The position numbers and the translations under genes were made by a program. The notes under the pieces are model-generated. The model saw nothing but the letters and a program-made list of their open reading frames with translations. It searched no databases and was not told where the DNA came from. A DNA stretch of 63,861 nt, the filler included, from Hyphochytrium catenoides (lineage: Eukaryota; Protista; Hyphochytriomycota), in assembly GCA_900088475.1 (NCBI GenBank). It is 16 parts of 16 records of this genome, joined end to end, with 100 filler letters (N's around TTAATTAATTAA, not from the genome) between each part and the next. Parts side by side here need not be neighbours in the genome. Positions count along the whole stretch, not along the records: positions 31,342 to 38,631 come from FLMG01002564.1; positions 38,732 to 40,290 come from FLMG01004259.1; positions 40,391 to 42,091 come from FLMG01000859.1; positions 42,192 to 43,215 come from FLMG01000651.1; positions 43,316 to 56,328 come from FLMG01003271.1; 11 more parts are not named here. The stretch is one strand, 5' to 3'. Below, one piece after another: positions 37,334-50,145 of the stretch (its first letter is position 1; each line of letters starts with the position of its first letter).

Positions 37334-38253
37334 GCTTCTCTCATTCTGTAGGTTTCGACGGTCGATCAGCTTGAAAGTAGAACAGACACAGAGAGAGAGA
37401 GACTTAGAGAGAGAGAATGACATAGAGAAGGTAGCAGCATCACTTTTATCTTCTTCTTCGCTTAAACTGCCGCGCAAAATATTCTTTTCAATATTTATCA
37501 GACCGATGATTGCTTCTATCACTGCCTCTCTCTCTTAGCGCAAAGGGACATTTGAACTTGGCAGGTGCGGGAGAGAGGGAAGCGAGGGATTGGCTTGAGA
37601 GAGAGAGAAAAAAAAGGTAGCAAAATACACGGGAGAAAGACATTCTATAAGGAGAGAGAGAGAGAACTAGGAGCAACTGACTTAGTGAGGGTCCATAGGT
37701 GGAAGGTGGGGGCACATAGAAGAAGAGGCGGCAGTGCTTTAGAGAGGAGATATGGAAGATCTTCACTGAAGAAGAGAGAGAGAGAGATGCAGAAAAGAGG
37801 GAGGAAGAGACAAGGAAAGGAAGGAAAGGAAATGGTACGTAGCATAATGTTCATCAAAGGATGATGATAACTCCATCGTTGGATGCATAGAAAAGTAACA
37901 AGGAGCCCGCCAGGCAGAGGGTGGGACTACCAGGGAGCCAGGAGAGACAGTGTCACGCTGCGAGAGGGAAGAGAAGAAAAGGCAAGAGAGTGAAGAGAGA
38001 GAGAGAGAAAGAGAAAGAGAAAGAAAAAAAAGAGAGAGAGAGAGAGAGAGAAAGGCTCATGGTCACGAACAAATATTGTATGCTTGCGCGATAGATATAG
38101 AGTCTCTATAGAACTTAGTAGAATCGGTGCAAGACAGAGTGAACTGCGTGTAAAGTTTTGTAACGGCCAAGCCATCCTATTGCCCATCCAGGTAGTAGGG
38201 GGAGACAACGAGAAGAGAGAGAGAGAGAGAGAGAGAGANNNNNNNNNNNNNNN

Positions 38254-38290
<37 letters not shown>

Positions 38291-38446
38291 TATCATTAGG
38301 GATAGAGGGAGAAGCATCATTAGCGAGAGAGAAATGAAGAGAGAGAGAGAGTTGAGCCACTGTAGAAGCCGAAGAGAGAGTGTGAGAGCGACGATTTACC
38401 GTTGTTCCATCATCATCTCTCGCCTTTATGATGATGGCTGGCTCTC

Positions 38447-38486
<40 letters not shown>

Positions 38487-38951
38487 CCAAGTCCGCAGCA
38501 GCAGCATCTCTCCCTCCGATCCGTCGATCACCCTCGGTAATATGCTTCTAAGGGAAGAGGGACTTTCCCATCCTCCTGCTGTCCCTGCATGCTGCTCTCT
38601 CTCTTTCTCCCCCTCTCTCTTTCTCTCTCTCNNNNNNNNNNNNNNNNNNNNNNNNNNNNNNNNNNNNNNNNNNNNTTAATTAATTAANNNNNNNNNNNNN
38701 NNNNNNNNNNNNNNNNNNNNNNNNNNNNNNNAGAGAGAGAGAGAGAGAGTAAAAGAGAGAGAAAGAGATAAGGGAGGGGGAGCTACCATAGAAGACAATA
38801 GTCTACAGAGGAAATGGGAAGGGCGGCAAAGGCAAGAGAGTGAAAGGAGGCAGACAGAAAAAGGGAAAGAGGTGGAGAGAGAGAAAATAAAAAATTGGCA
38901 GAGAAAAGAGAAAGAGAGAGAACACCCTCAGCTAACATAATACCAGCGTAC

Positions 38952-39228
38952 CTCAAGAAAGTTCCTCTGGTAGCCTCTGAACGAGAAGAGAGAGAGAGGG
39001 AGAGCATGAGAATCCCAAAATATACGAAAGGAGTCAGAGAACAAGGGAGAGAGACGAGGAATGCTGTCCATAAGAAGATAAAGGGGACACAGACGCGATA
39101 AAGCAGCAAAGCCAGCAGAAAAGACAGAAAGAGGCAAAGAAAGGACAAAGTGACGACGAGCCTATGAGGCCAGCAAATAGAAAGGTTAAGGGCTGAACGA
39201 TATAAGCGAGTAAACAGAACCTCGGCCA

Positions 39229-39264
<36 letters not shown>

Positions 39265-39850
39265 AAGAGACAGAGAGAGAGAGACAGAGAGAGAGGGAGG
39301 GGAGAGACAGAGAGAGACAGAGAGAGAAAGAGGGAGAGAGAGAGAGACAGAGAGAGGGAGAGAGAGAGGGAGCCCGAGCGACGAGAGAGAGAGACACACG
39401 GAGCAAAAGATAGAGAGGGACAGACAGAGAGGAAGTGAGAGAAAGTGAAAGAGAGAGACACACGAGAGAGGAAGAGAGAGAGCGCGAAAGAGATAGTTAA
39501 AGAGAGACAGAGAGAGAGAGACAAAGGTTATGTTACATCCAATTCCGGTGAAGGGTCTCACCATGAGGAGCAATATGAGACGTAGACTTTGCTGTTATTG
39601 GGATCTTCCACCTTCTCCATAATCCCAAAGCCTGTGCTCTTCCTAGAGCCATCTGCAACAACAGCCAGCCGTGAGGGGAGGAAAGAGCAAGAAAGAAAGA
39701 GAAAGAAAGAAAGAGGGGGGAGAGAGAGAGAGAGAGAGATAGAGAGAGATTCTGGACACGAAAGATAGAAGAAAAGAGAAGGGAACAGAAAGAGCAAGAG
39801 AGAGAAGGAGAGAAGTGGCATAGGCCCCTCCACACACACAGACAGGGAGG

Positions 39851-39895
<45 letters not shown>

Positions 39896-40021
39896 GAGAA
39901 CTAGAAGTAGGAGAGAGAGGGTAGGAGAGAGATAAAGATGCGACGTACCTGCCAAGAGCAAACAACAGATTAGCAGCAGGAATGCCGCTCCGAGCGACCT
40001 CAGGAAGGAAAAGCTCCCCAT
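38952..40021 (-). CDS. SELENOT: Selenoprotein T-like (Rdx family, CxxU), first three exons; 3' part lost at contig edge
   Basis: Exons 40021-39949, 39652-39562 and 38976-38952 with canonical GT-AG splice to MGSFSFLRSLGAAFLLLICCLLLADGSRKSTGFGIMEKVEDPNNSKVYVSYCSS-U-GYQRNFLE. The TGA is formed as TG|A. Confidence 0.8.
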
Positions 40022-41562
40022 GAGACCCCTTCACCTGCTATTCCTTGGCACACGCTCTCTCTCTCTCTTTCGGTTTCTCTTTCTTTCTTCTGCTCCTACA
40101 GGGAAAGAAATATGTGAAGAGCAGGATTCAGGGTTTCGGAGCAATCTTGCGTTCAGGACGAGCTTCAAGGTTGGAGCTCAACTTCAGAGGAGAGAGAGCG
40201 AAAGAAAGCGAGCGAGAGAGAGAAGGCAAGAGAGAGAGAAGGCGAGAGAGAGAGAAGGCAAGAGAGAGAGAGAAAGAGAAAGAGAGAGAGNNNNNNNNNN
40301 NNNNNNNNNNNNNNNNNNNNNNNNNNNNNNNNNNTTAATTAATTAANNNNNNNNNNNNNNNNNNNNNNNNNNNNNNNNNNNNNNNNNNNNAGAGAGAGAG
40401 AGAGAAAAGAAAATAGATAAGAAATGGGGAAGAGGGCGAGAGGGAATCAGGCTTGGAGAGAAATGAGAGAGTGACAACGCGAGAGAAAGAGAGAGGCAAC
40501 CAGAAAAAGACAGGAGAGAAACAGAAAGGAGATGCTTCAAAGCGCCAAAGAAGAGTCCCGCGTTCGCTTCGCTAAACGTTGTCTCTCTCTCTCTCTCTCT
40601 CTTCCCCTCTGCCTGCTCTTTCTCCCTCTACTCACACCCTTTCTTCTCTTTCCTTATTCCCTTTCACATCTTAGCGTCCAAGAGAGACGAGGGCGCAATC
40701 TTGAAGAAGATAATTCAACAAGAGCAGAGAGAGAAGCAAGCAGCAACGTATGGCATTCCTCTGTCCCTCTTAGACCAGAAGGAGGAAGAAGAAGAGAAGA
40801 GAATGCTCCACAAAGAGAAGATGAGCGCCATCTCCACGTCAGGGACCGAGAGTGGAAGGAGGAGGGAAGAGAGAGAGAGTGGTCAAAAAGAGAACGAGAC
40901 AGGAGAGAGGAGCCGTTGTACTATCGCTTAATGACTGAAGCGTCATACATTATCTATTGACAAGAGAGTCAGAGCAATAGTACCGCCAAACGTCTCGGCA
41001 TCCTGTCCATCTTACGCTCTCCCTCTGGTCTTTTCTTTCTTTTCACAGGGACAGTCAGCCTTATTTCTTCTCCGCTGTCTCTCTATCTCTTTCCCATGCT
41101 GTCCCTCACTTTCGAGGATGATGAAAAGGCCACATAGGATTTGTCGAAGCAGTATGCCGAAGGACATAGATTTCCACCCTACGATTTATGGGTTCTAACT
41201 CCTGTCTCTTGGCGCAAAGACCTCTATTTATCGCCTGGCAACGGGAATCTATTGAATGGCAAACGCAATGACAGGCTTCGAATGCAGATGAAGAAGCTTT
41301 TACCGATGGCCGATGATGAAGATGCAGATTCTCATCTCAATATCTATATCACCCTCTTCCTCAACCCCTCGTATCTCCCTCCACTAGAGATATGATTTAA
41401 CTTGCACTAAGAACGCTCTGTCTACATACTTTTGTGACTCCTGCACGCTCTTCTTGTCTACCTTAGGCCACTATCAGACAGAGTCCAGGGGGAGGGCTGG
41501 CTGTTCTAGCCATCTCCCTTGTATCTTGGCTGGACAGAAAATCAGCAGAGCGATACCAAGAG

Positions 41563-41601
<39 letters not shown>

Positions 41602-43315
41602 ATAGAGAGAGAGTAGCAGAGAGAGAGAGGGAGAGAGGGAGAGAGAGGGGGAGAGAGAGAGAGAGAGCAAGAGAGAGAAGAGAGAGAGTAAGAGAGAAGT
41701 AAAGACGAAAGAAGCCCGCACGGAGAGAGGAGAAAGAAACTGTAAGGGAGCAAGCTTCCAATAGCAAGAGAGAGGAGAGAAAGCGCAGATCGCGAAAGGG
41801 CATTCTCTCCAGCTTCCCATTCCTATCTTCATCCCTTCTCCTGCTCTCAGACTTGCTCTCTTTCCCATCCCCAGCTGAATTATCAGAAATCCGGGCAATT
41901 CTTAGAGCTTCGCGGGCGATTTGACACCCGAAGAACAGGTGGGAGAGAGAAGAAGAGAGAGAGAGAGAGAGAGAGAGGGAGAAGAAGAGAGGCGAGTACG
42001 AGGTGGTGCATTCCTCTCTTTTTCTCTGGTGGTGATGGATAACCCTAACAGTGACGCACCACCTAAGAAGGCGGACAAGAAAGCGGAGAAGNNNNNNNNN
42101 NNNNNNNNNNNNNNNNNNNNNNNNNNNNNNNNNNNTTAATTAATTAANNNNNNNNNNNNNNNNNNNNNNNNNNNNNNNNNNNNNNNNNNNNGCAGGAGGC
42201 AATGCTCCTGCCGCAGGTGAAGGTGAGACCAGGACTTGACCCCTGGTTGACTGTTAATGCAGCCCTGATGTCTTTGTAATGGCAGGAAGCCTTAGGGAAG
42301 AAGGTTAGCAGGGAGCGGATAGGGATTGAGGTGGAAGGCATGATCACTGGTGTGAAAGCTCAGAGTGTGCTTCCCTTTTGCATTGGCCAATCTCTCTCTC
42401 TTTCTCTCTCTATCCTCTCTCGCTTTCTTTCTCCCTCTCTCTTTGGAACAGTCAGTGCAATGTCAGTCTTCTGGTTTCTTCTTCTCCTTCTCGCTCTATC
42501 TTCTCTCTCTTTTCTTTTCTTCTTTCCTTCGTCGGCGGGCTTTAACGTCTATACCCATCGTAGGGAAGCTCGCATCTCCGCCTATTGCCTTCGAGCTCTT
42601 GAACAGCTGCTGGCTCATGGACTTGGTCTTCCTGCATCCGCCCAGAAGGTGAGTAAACCACATCCTGCTGCCAGCAACCACTACTTCCTCCTCTGCTTAC
42701 TAACTGGTCTGTGAGGCAGTGAGATGTTCAAAGCGCACGAGTCCGTTAGAGCGGATGGGAAGGTTCGGCTGCATCGCTCGGCGTCAGGTAGGGCGTGTGA
42801 GGCTAAGACCTGTGGCCGACTAAGTGTCTGATAGTCCTTCCTGCCGCATGATCTCTCCACTCAATCTGGCCTTAGATCTCCTCGGTGCGCACTCGACCGT
42901 CTACATCCTCTATTGGTAAGCTCTTACTAGTCATGGTCGCCCGGTCTCCCGCTGTCTTTTTCGATCCTTCTACACACGATTTCGTCTTCTTTCTTTTCAT
43001 CCGCATCCCTTGTTTGGTCTCTGCTATCTTCTTATCTGTTTCACATCAGCCCCATTTGCCCAATCGCTGGTGGTAAGACGTCCCCTAACTCGCCACTATT
43101 TACAAGGGTGCTGCATCGCTTTCCTTCCCTCTTGGCCGACTTTCAGAGCGACAAGAGCAGCAACAGGATCCTGGTGGAGGTACTGGCTGTGAGTCTTCTC
43201 CCCTTCGGCGGTCTCNNNNNNNNNNNNNNNNNNNNNNNNNNNNNNNNNNNNNNNNNNNNTTAATTAATTAANNNNNNNNNNNNNNNNNNNNNNNNNNNNN
43301 NNNNNNNNNNNNNNN

Positions 43316-43544
43316 AGGAGAAGTGAGGCTCAGTGAACGAGCGAGACGGATCTCGTCCTCATCGATGACGCCGTCTCCGTCGATGTCTATCGCTGTGACA
43401 TTGTGAAGATTGAAGGTCGCGATAGTCTCCTCTTTCTTCGCGTTCTCTGTCCAGAGAAGACAAAGACAAAAAGAAGAGAGAGAGACAGAGAGACGGTTAG
43501 TGATCGAGAGAGAGGGTGGGAAAGAGAGAGAGAGAGAGAAAGAA

Positions 43545-43579
<35 letters not shown>

Positions 43580-44372
43580 TATGGAGAGAGAGAGAGAGAG
43601 AGAGAGAGACAAGAGCGATGAGAAAAAGTGGTTAAGTGACGGAGTGAGTTCAAGTCTGCGGAGGGTGTAGTCTAGTCATGAGGCAGGACAGAGCGGAGAG
43701 AGGGAGAAACATCAGGAAGAGACACGAGACTTAAGACAAAAGTACCACGTTCACTGTGACTACACGGTAAAAGAGAAAGAGCGAGTGATTGGTAAGGGGG
43801 AAGACGTTAGGCGAGAGAATGCGAGCCCCGGGAGAGAGCGCGCGAGATATATATAGAGAGAGCGCGCGAGATATATATAGAGAGAGCGAGGAAGAGAGGA
43901 AGAGCGCGAAGAACAGAGAGAAGAGAGAGAGAGGCAAAAAGAGAAAGAGAGGAGACAGAGAGAGAGAGAGAGAGAGCGGGTGGAAAGGGGAGACAGCCAA
44001 AAGGTTGCGCTTTTAGCGGCCTTTTCTCACCTGTGTGCTCTGCTTTAGGCTTTCGTGCGCTAGGACTCGCAGTGGGAGAGAGAGAGTTGAGACCAGTTTG
44101 CCGCAGAGGAGAATGACTCTTTCTCCCTGTGTTGACTCTCTCCCTCCGGCGACTGGTACTCATCGTGGCGCCTGCGTCTCTTCTCTTACTATCTACCAAG
44201 GAAAGCAGTGGACCATGGGCGCAGATAGGGGAAGCTTCTGAACCGCTATCTTCTTCGTCTTCTCTCTCTCTCTCTCTCTTTTTCCCCTCTTCCCAGTTCT
44301 CCCACTTCTTTTCCCTTTTCCCAGGGTCCTCTGTTTTGTCCTTCTTCAAGGCTTCATAAGGCGAGGGCAACT
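43316..44372 (-). CDS. EF-hand-containing protein, exon fragments
   Basis: Canonical EF-hand loop DIDGDGVIDEDE in exon ~43316-43450. Linkage to the upstream exon 44031-44372 is inferred. Confidence 0.5.
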
Positions 44373-44746
44373 GCAGAGGGAGAGAGAGAGAGACAATTGC
44401 GTCTTTGTAAGGAGAGAGAGAAAAAAATGATGCAGGTTCTTAGAGGGAAGCGCGGAACTGGTAAGAGGAGAGCAAGAGAGACGGAAAGAGAGAGAGAGAC
44501 AGAACGAAAGGAATAGAAGAAAGGGCGACAGAGAGGGGAGACGAGAGAAATCGAGGAGAGAGAGAATGTTTGAGCGGGAAGCATAAAGGAGACAGAGTCT
44601 GAGAGCAAGGAGAAAGCAGGAGAGAAGAGTAGCCAAAGAACAAGAAGCGAGGAAGATGATAGGCGGGCTATTTTATGACTTGTTATTGAAGGAGGTGGCG
44701 GGTCCTCCTAAGCAGATGGAGAGAGAGGAGAGAGAGAGAGATAGGG

Positions 44747-44789
<43 letters not shown>

Positions 44790-45264
44790 AGAAGAGGGAC
44801 AGAAAGAGAGAGAGAGAATGCCCACGCAGAGGGAGAGGAGAGAGAAAGAGACAGACAAAAGCAAAAGAGTACAAGGGAGACAGCAAAGAACAACTACGGG
44901 ATAAGAGAGAGACAAGGAGGGCTTGGAAGGCAGATTAAGGGGTTGGCACCAGAAGCAAGAGCAGACATTCTAGGGGAGAGAGGAAGAGGAAGAGAGGAGA
45001 GAGAGGAGAGAGAGAGAGAGAAACAGAGAGAGAGATAGAAAGAGAGAGAGAGAAAGAGAGAGATAGAAAGAGAGAGAGAGAGAAAGAAAAGGAGAGACAA
45101 GAAAAGGAGAAGGGAGAAGAGCGAGGAGACCAAATGATAGAGAAAGAAAAAGAAAGGCGAGAAGAGAGAGAAAGAAGGAGAGAGACTTGGCCAAAGACGG
45201 GAAGCGGTACTTAGAAACCTCTTCTCTGGAAAGAGAGAGGGAGAGAGAGAGAGGGAGAGAGAGA

Positions 45265-45303
<39 letters not shown>

Positions 45304-46042
45304 CCATCACTCTTCTTTGGGCGTTACATATTCCAGAGGGAATTAGTTATCACAGCTGCATAACTAAATGATTTCTCTGAAGATATTCGGTAGGCGAGTG
45401 AATGTATTGCTGAACAAGGTCCACGGGTGATGACTCCAACCAAACTAAGAAAAAACAAAATGATCCTTCAAGCGCACATAGAGCGCTCAAGGATTGGGCG
45501 CCCTGTCCTCGTGGAAGGCTGATGTGCTAGTGCCACGCACAATCGGGGTCCTTTCCAAGTTGCTCCTGTACGAGTAGGGTTGGGAAGTCCACTCCAGTAT
45601 CCACCCAAAAATAGCTGACGGTACCGGAAGCTAAGGCTTCTGGGTCTTTGTTGTGCCCTACCCGCTCTTAGCAAGACCGGCTGTAATGGCTCAACCTCCG
45701 AAATACCACACCTACGCCCGAGAATAGCAGGAGCATTTCGAAGATACCCAGTGTTCTGAAAGGAGCGAACGGTACGAGTCTTCTTCTCTCCAAGACAGCA
45801 GCAGCTCTCACTCTCCCCTCACCTTGTCCTCCTCCTTTCTCTCTCCTTGTGTCTCTCTCCTTGTCTCTCTCTCCCTCTCTCTCTCTCTCTCTNNNNNNNN
45901 NNNNNNNNNNNNNNNNNNNNNNNNNNNNNNNNNTCTCGCGCGCGCGCTCTCTCTCTCTCTCACTCTCTCTCTCTCTCTCTCTCTTTTTCTCTCCTTGAGT
46001 GTGTCTCTCTCGTTGTGTGTGTCTCTTTCGCTCGTGGGTGTG

Positions 46043-46075
<33 letters not shown>

Positions 46076-47016
46076 GTCTCTCTCTGCCTCTCTCTGTCTC
46101 TCTCTCTCTGTCTCTCTCTCTCTTACTCTCTCTCTCGCTGCCTCTCATCTCTCTCTTCCTAGTTCTATCATCTAGTCAGAAGCTCGAGCTCTGTCGCCTG
46201 GTTGCGGGTCCATCTTATCCTTCTTGCGGTCGCTGTTTGCTTGACAGTCGCTGTTTGCTTGACCTCTCCTCCTCACTCTCAGGATCTCTTTGTCACGGCA
46301 ACCTAAAGACCTTATGCCCCGTCGATCAAAGTGTTCAACAGGCAGCAGACACGCCGAGAGCGCGAGAGCAAGCGAGAGAGAAAGAGAGCGAGAGAGAGAG
46401 TCGAAGGCTTAGTGTTAGAGTGTTAACTCTCAGCAGGAAAGCGTGCGAGTGGCATGGCCATCACGGCTCCCCTGATGAAGACATTAAGCTCTGGTCAACT
46501 GTTCTCCTGTCGAAACTGACGCTGGGAAATCAGGAATTGAGCTTTCTGAGTCGGCTCTCTTATTGCTGGTTGCTCTTCTCCCTCCCACGTGTCCATCTGC
46601 TCTGATAGGTCCGTGCTAGAACCTCAATAGAGCCGGCACAGAAAGAGAGAGAGAGAGAGACAGAGAGAGAGAAAGAGAGCTCAAGGCTTACCTGGGGCGG
46701 TGGTCTGCTTAGCCAAGAAATCTGACGGAGATGATCGAGGAAGTTGGAGCTTAGGTCCGCCCTTGAGAGCATACCCCGGCCGCCCATTCCGCCTTCCGTC
46801 TTTCTAGCCCTCTCTCTTCTCAGTCTCTCTTCTTCTCTCCTTCTCTTTCGTTCTCCCCTCCACGTTCGGCTCTATTTTCTAGAAGAGAGCATATTAGACC
46901 AGCAAGACCGCCCGATTCCCTGCCTAAAGTGGCTCTCGCTCTCTCGCTCTCTCTCTCTCTCTCCGTCTCTCTCTCTCCCGGACTATCAACTCGAAAGGGG
47001 GAAAAGGAAGAAGCAA

Positions 47017-48633
47017 ATGAGCCTTCATTCAAAAGAGCCTGGTCGTTCTTCTCTCTGTTCTCAGTCCGTTGAAAGGACTGTCCACGGCTATATGAGAGCT
47101 CTGCAGGGCTATCAACAGCCAGGAACAAGCAGCATTAGCCCCAGCGTCAAGCGTCTTACCTCTCTCTGGACCTTATCCTCTTTGATCCACTCGTCTCCTA
47201 GCTCCTCTTCTCTCTCTTTCAGTTCCTTCCCTGTCACTGCCATCACATTTGGCGAAGAAGAGAAAGAGAGGAGGACAGACAGTGCACGAGATAGCAGCTC
47301 TGCTAGCTCTTCTGCAGATAAACAGCCAGGAAATGACTCGAAGGCACACAGAAAGAGAGCAAGACATGAAGGCGCTGAAGACGAGGAAGCGTCGCAGCTG
47401 AGACCTTTCCTACGTCGCTCGACCCTTGAGAGAGCGACTTTAAAAGAGGAGAAATCTCAGACAGAGATGGAGACGGGAAACAAAGAACTAAGAAGAGCTC
47501 AAGAGGAGGTAAGGGCCGCGAAGAACAAAGATAAGCAAGCGGAGAAGGTGCCTGGCGCGCAGGCTGTCACAAGTGATAGGAATAGAGAGCAAGCTGCTCC
47601 AGAGAAGGGCACAAACGAGGCTCAGAAGCCTTGTAAGGAGTGCGGTAGGGTGTCTGTGGCTCATCTGCCACCTAACAAGCGCTGGTGCTCTGTGGCAGGA
47701 TGTGCCAAATATAGGGTCCAAGCCGGCGTTTGCATTGCTCACGGAGCCAGGCGCCTCTGCCGGGCTGCTGATTGTTTCACGCGGGCAGAACGAGGTGTCT
47801 ATTGTCCATTGCATAAGAGACCCCGGATAGAGCGCAAAGTAGCGCAGAAGGGGACGCTGCCCAAGAAGCAGGGAGAGATTGCTCAGGAGAGCGAGAAGAG
47901 GACCATCGCACTGTCATCGTCCAGCGGCGGACACCCGGAGCATGAGAAGAAGAAGGGACAACATAGCATCCTATCTGCTTTCCAAAGACAGAGATACACT
48001 CTACATCAGCAGCCGCTTGGAGAGCGCGAGGACAGCGGTGGCACTCCCAGAGAAAGACAAAGAAGACCTTCCCAGGCGGCTCCCGCCAAGCGTAGCTCTT
48101 CTGCTCTTCTGCGAGCCCACCGGGAAGAGAGAGAGAGGAGAGAAGGAAATAGCCGTGAGAAGTCATCTAACTCGTCTGTGGAGCTGATCAACCTTGCAAG
48201 TGACTCTTCTGATGATGATAGCACAGGCAGCACCACCGAGACCGAGGACGAGTATGAACAGAGAGGAAGAGTGATAGCACAACTGGACCACGACCTCCTT
48301 GGCGATGACTCAGAGGAAGACAAGAACACCGTCAGGGCACCGCTCCTCGTGCAGCTAGAGGAACAGAAAGAAACGGGAGAGGAGGCAAAACAGACGGCAA
48401 TAGACGAGAAGGATAGGATAAACAAGGCGACAGATGTACCTCCCACATCCAGAGACGAAATGAAGAGGTTCGAGACTGAGAGAGAGACTACGCAGCAAGG
48501 ACAGATGTCTTTTTCTCTCTCTAGAGAGCAAGAGAAAAGGACAGAGACCGAGCTACACTGCGGTAGGAGGAAGGAGAGAGCACGAAGATGGCCAATGACT
48601 TCTTTACAGGCCGGGCTCTGGCTGGAAACGTAG
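47017..48633 (+). CDS. WRKY19-like zinc-finger protein with long disordered regions
   Basis: WCSVAGCAKYRVQAGVCIAHGARRLCRAADCFTRAERGVYCPLH within a long open frame. First ATG is at 47017. Confidence 0.7.
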   Translation: MSLHSKEPGRSSLCSQSVERTVHGYMRALQGYQQPGTSSISPSVKRLTSLWTLSSLIHSSPSSSSLSFSSFPVTAITFGEEEKERRTDSARDSSSASSSADKQPGNDSKAHRKRARHEGAEDEEASQLRPFLRRSTLERATLKEEKSQTEMETGNKELRRAQEEVRAAKNKDKQAEKVPGAQAVTSDRNREQAAPEKGTNEAQKPCKECGRVSVAHLPPNKRWCSVAGCAKYRVQAGVCIAHGARRLCRAADCFTRAERGVYCPLHKRPRIERKVAQKGTLPKKQGEIAQESEKRTIALSSSSGGHPEHEKKKGQHSILSAFQRQRYTLHQQPLGEREDSGGTPRERQRRPSQAAPAKRSSSALLRAHREERERREGNSREKSSNSSVELINLASDSSDDDSTGSTTETEDEYEQRGRVIAQLDHDLLGDDSEEDKNTVRAPLLVQLEEQKETGEEAKQTAIDEKDRINKATDVPPTSRDEMKRFETERETTQQGQMSFSLSREQEKRTETELHCGRRKERARRWPMTSLQAGLWLET

Positions 48634-49398
48634 CGCAGGCTTCCCACTTATCCATGCAATGCCACGGCTTCCCCATGTCTTTAGCGCTTGCGGCCACTGA
48701 GAGAAGGAGGGTTCCCTGGGGCCTACAGCAGGACAAAGCATTGGGCGCAGGCAAGACCTTCAACGACAATGTTGGCAGCACAGTACAAGGCGCTATTTTA
48801 TGTCCAGAAGGGAAGAAAGAACAAGACATACGGTGCTCCTCGTTTCTTCTAATCTAGACGAGGAGACACTTCGCTTTCCCATTTAATGTGCAAAGCGAAG
48901 GGGTTGCGAGCCTTAGCCAAAGAGCTAGTGATCTCGCTAGCGCTGAAGAGAGGGAGCGTGTGGCACGAAGGCTATGTTTATTATGTGTTGATTGTTATCA
49001 ATGTAGTGCTTGTTCATGACTTAGGCGCTCCTTGCAGGGCGCTGATGGGGAGAGTGTCTCTACTGCTGTCAGACACAGGCAAAACTTGTCCCAGCTTTCT
49101 GTTTCTCTCATTCCACTGCCTTCTCTTATCCTTCCCTATTAAGTGAGCACTCAAGCAGTGGTGGAAGAATGAACTAGAGGAAGGGAAACAACCAGGACAG
49201 TCCAAAAAAGGTAAGAGCTACAAGGAGAACACGGTGTTGGATAGACGTGAACCTCCAGAGCGAGAAAGAGGAAAGGAAAGAGACTCTTCGACCTAGAAAG
49301 AAAAGGAGGAGGCGAGTACCCCCAAAAACCTAGGGAGCAGAGGCAGACAAGGCGACCTTTCTTCCTCTGCAGTTCCATAAAGGAGAGGCAGGGATATC

Positions 49399-50145
49399 TT
49401 ACTCTGACAATTTCTTGGCAATGAACTGGAGAATCGCATCTGCAGCCGCTTGCGCTGAGAGCTCTGTCACATTGAGGTCCAGACGATGCGGCATCTCCTC
49501 CCGCAGCAATGCATCTCGGCCTTTAACTTCCCTCAACGGATGCACCTCCGTCAGCTTCCCATGGCCTCTCTCCTTTGAGACGATACGTCGCTCGTTTTCA
49601 GAGTGGCTGCACTCTAAGAAAACAGTGAGGAAGGTAGCCCCTGAGCGGTGAGCACAGTCTTCAATCTCTGCAAAGATGCCGCGATGCCTCTCGGAGGTGT
49701 TTAGACCCCAGGTGATAATAAATAGAGGGCCAATGGCCCCCTTCCTCGTGCCCTGGGGCCCTTCTTCGCTGTCTGACTCTATCTCTGTCTTTCCTAGTAA
49801 GGTCACAGGCCTTAGGCTCTCTTTCTTAACCTCGGAGCTTGACACTGCACTGCAGCTGCTCTGTCCCTCGACTTCGCTGAAGGGCGAGCGTTGTTGGCCA
49901 TCGATGATCTGGTTCTTATGCGTCATAACGTTATAAAGAGCTTGAAGGGCAGTTCTGCGCACCAGTGCCCTAGTCTCCCAGTATAAGGGATGTTCTCGAG
50001 AGAGAAGGCAGTCGACAGGGTTTATAAAGACGGTGTGATTGTCTAAGACGTGCCCACCCTCCACCGCTGCAGCAATCAGCCGGGCGATAGTGAGCTTTCC
50101 CGTCCCTGGCCAACCGTTAATGAAGAGGAGAGTAGGACCCATCAT
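49399..50145 (-). CDS. P-loop NTPase, nucleoside/chloramphenicol-phosphotransferase-like kinase fold
   Basis: LLFINGWPGTGKLT Walker A near the N-terminus, LDNH, and lid motif VFLECS.SENERRIVS.ER. Intronless, 248 aa. Confidence 0.8.
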   Translation of the reverse strand: MMGPTLLFINGWPGTGKLTIARLIAAAVEGGHVLDNHTVFINPVDCLLSREHPLYWETRALVRRTALQALYNVMTHKNQIIDGQQRSPFSEVEGQSSCSAVSSSEVKKESLRPVTLLGKTEIESDSEEGPQGTRKGAIGPLFIITWGLNTSERHRGIFAEIEDCAHRSGATFLTVFLECSHSENERRIVSKERGHGKLTEVHPLREVKGRDALLREEMPHRLDLNVTELSAQAAADAILQFIAKKLSE

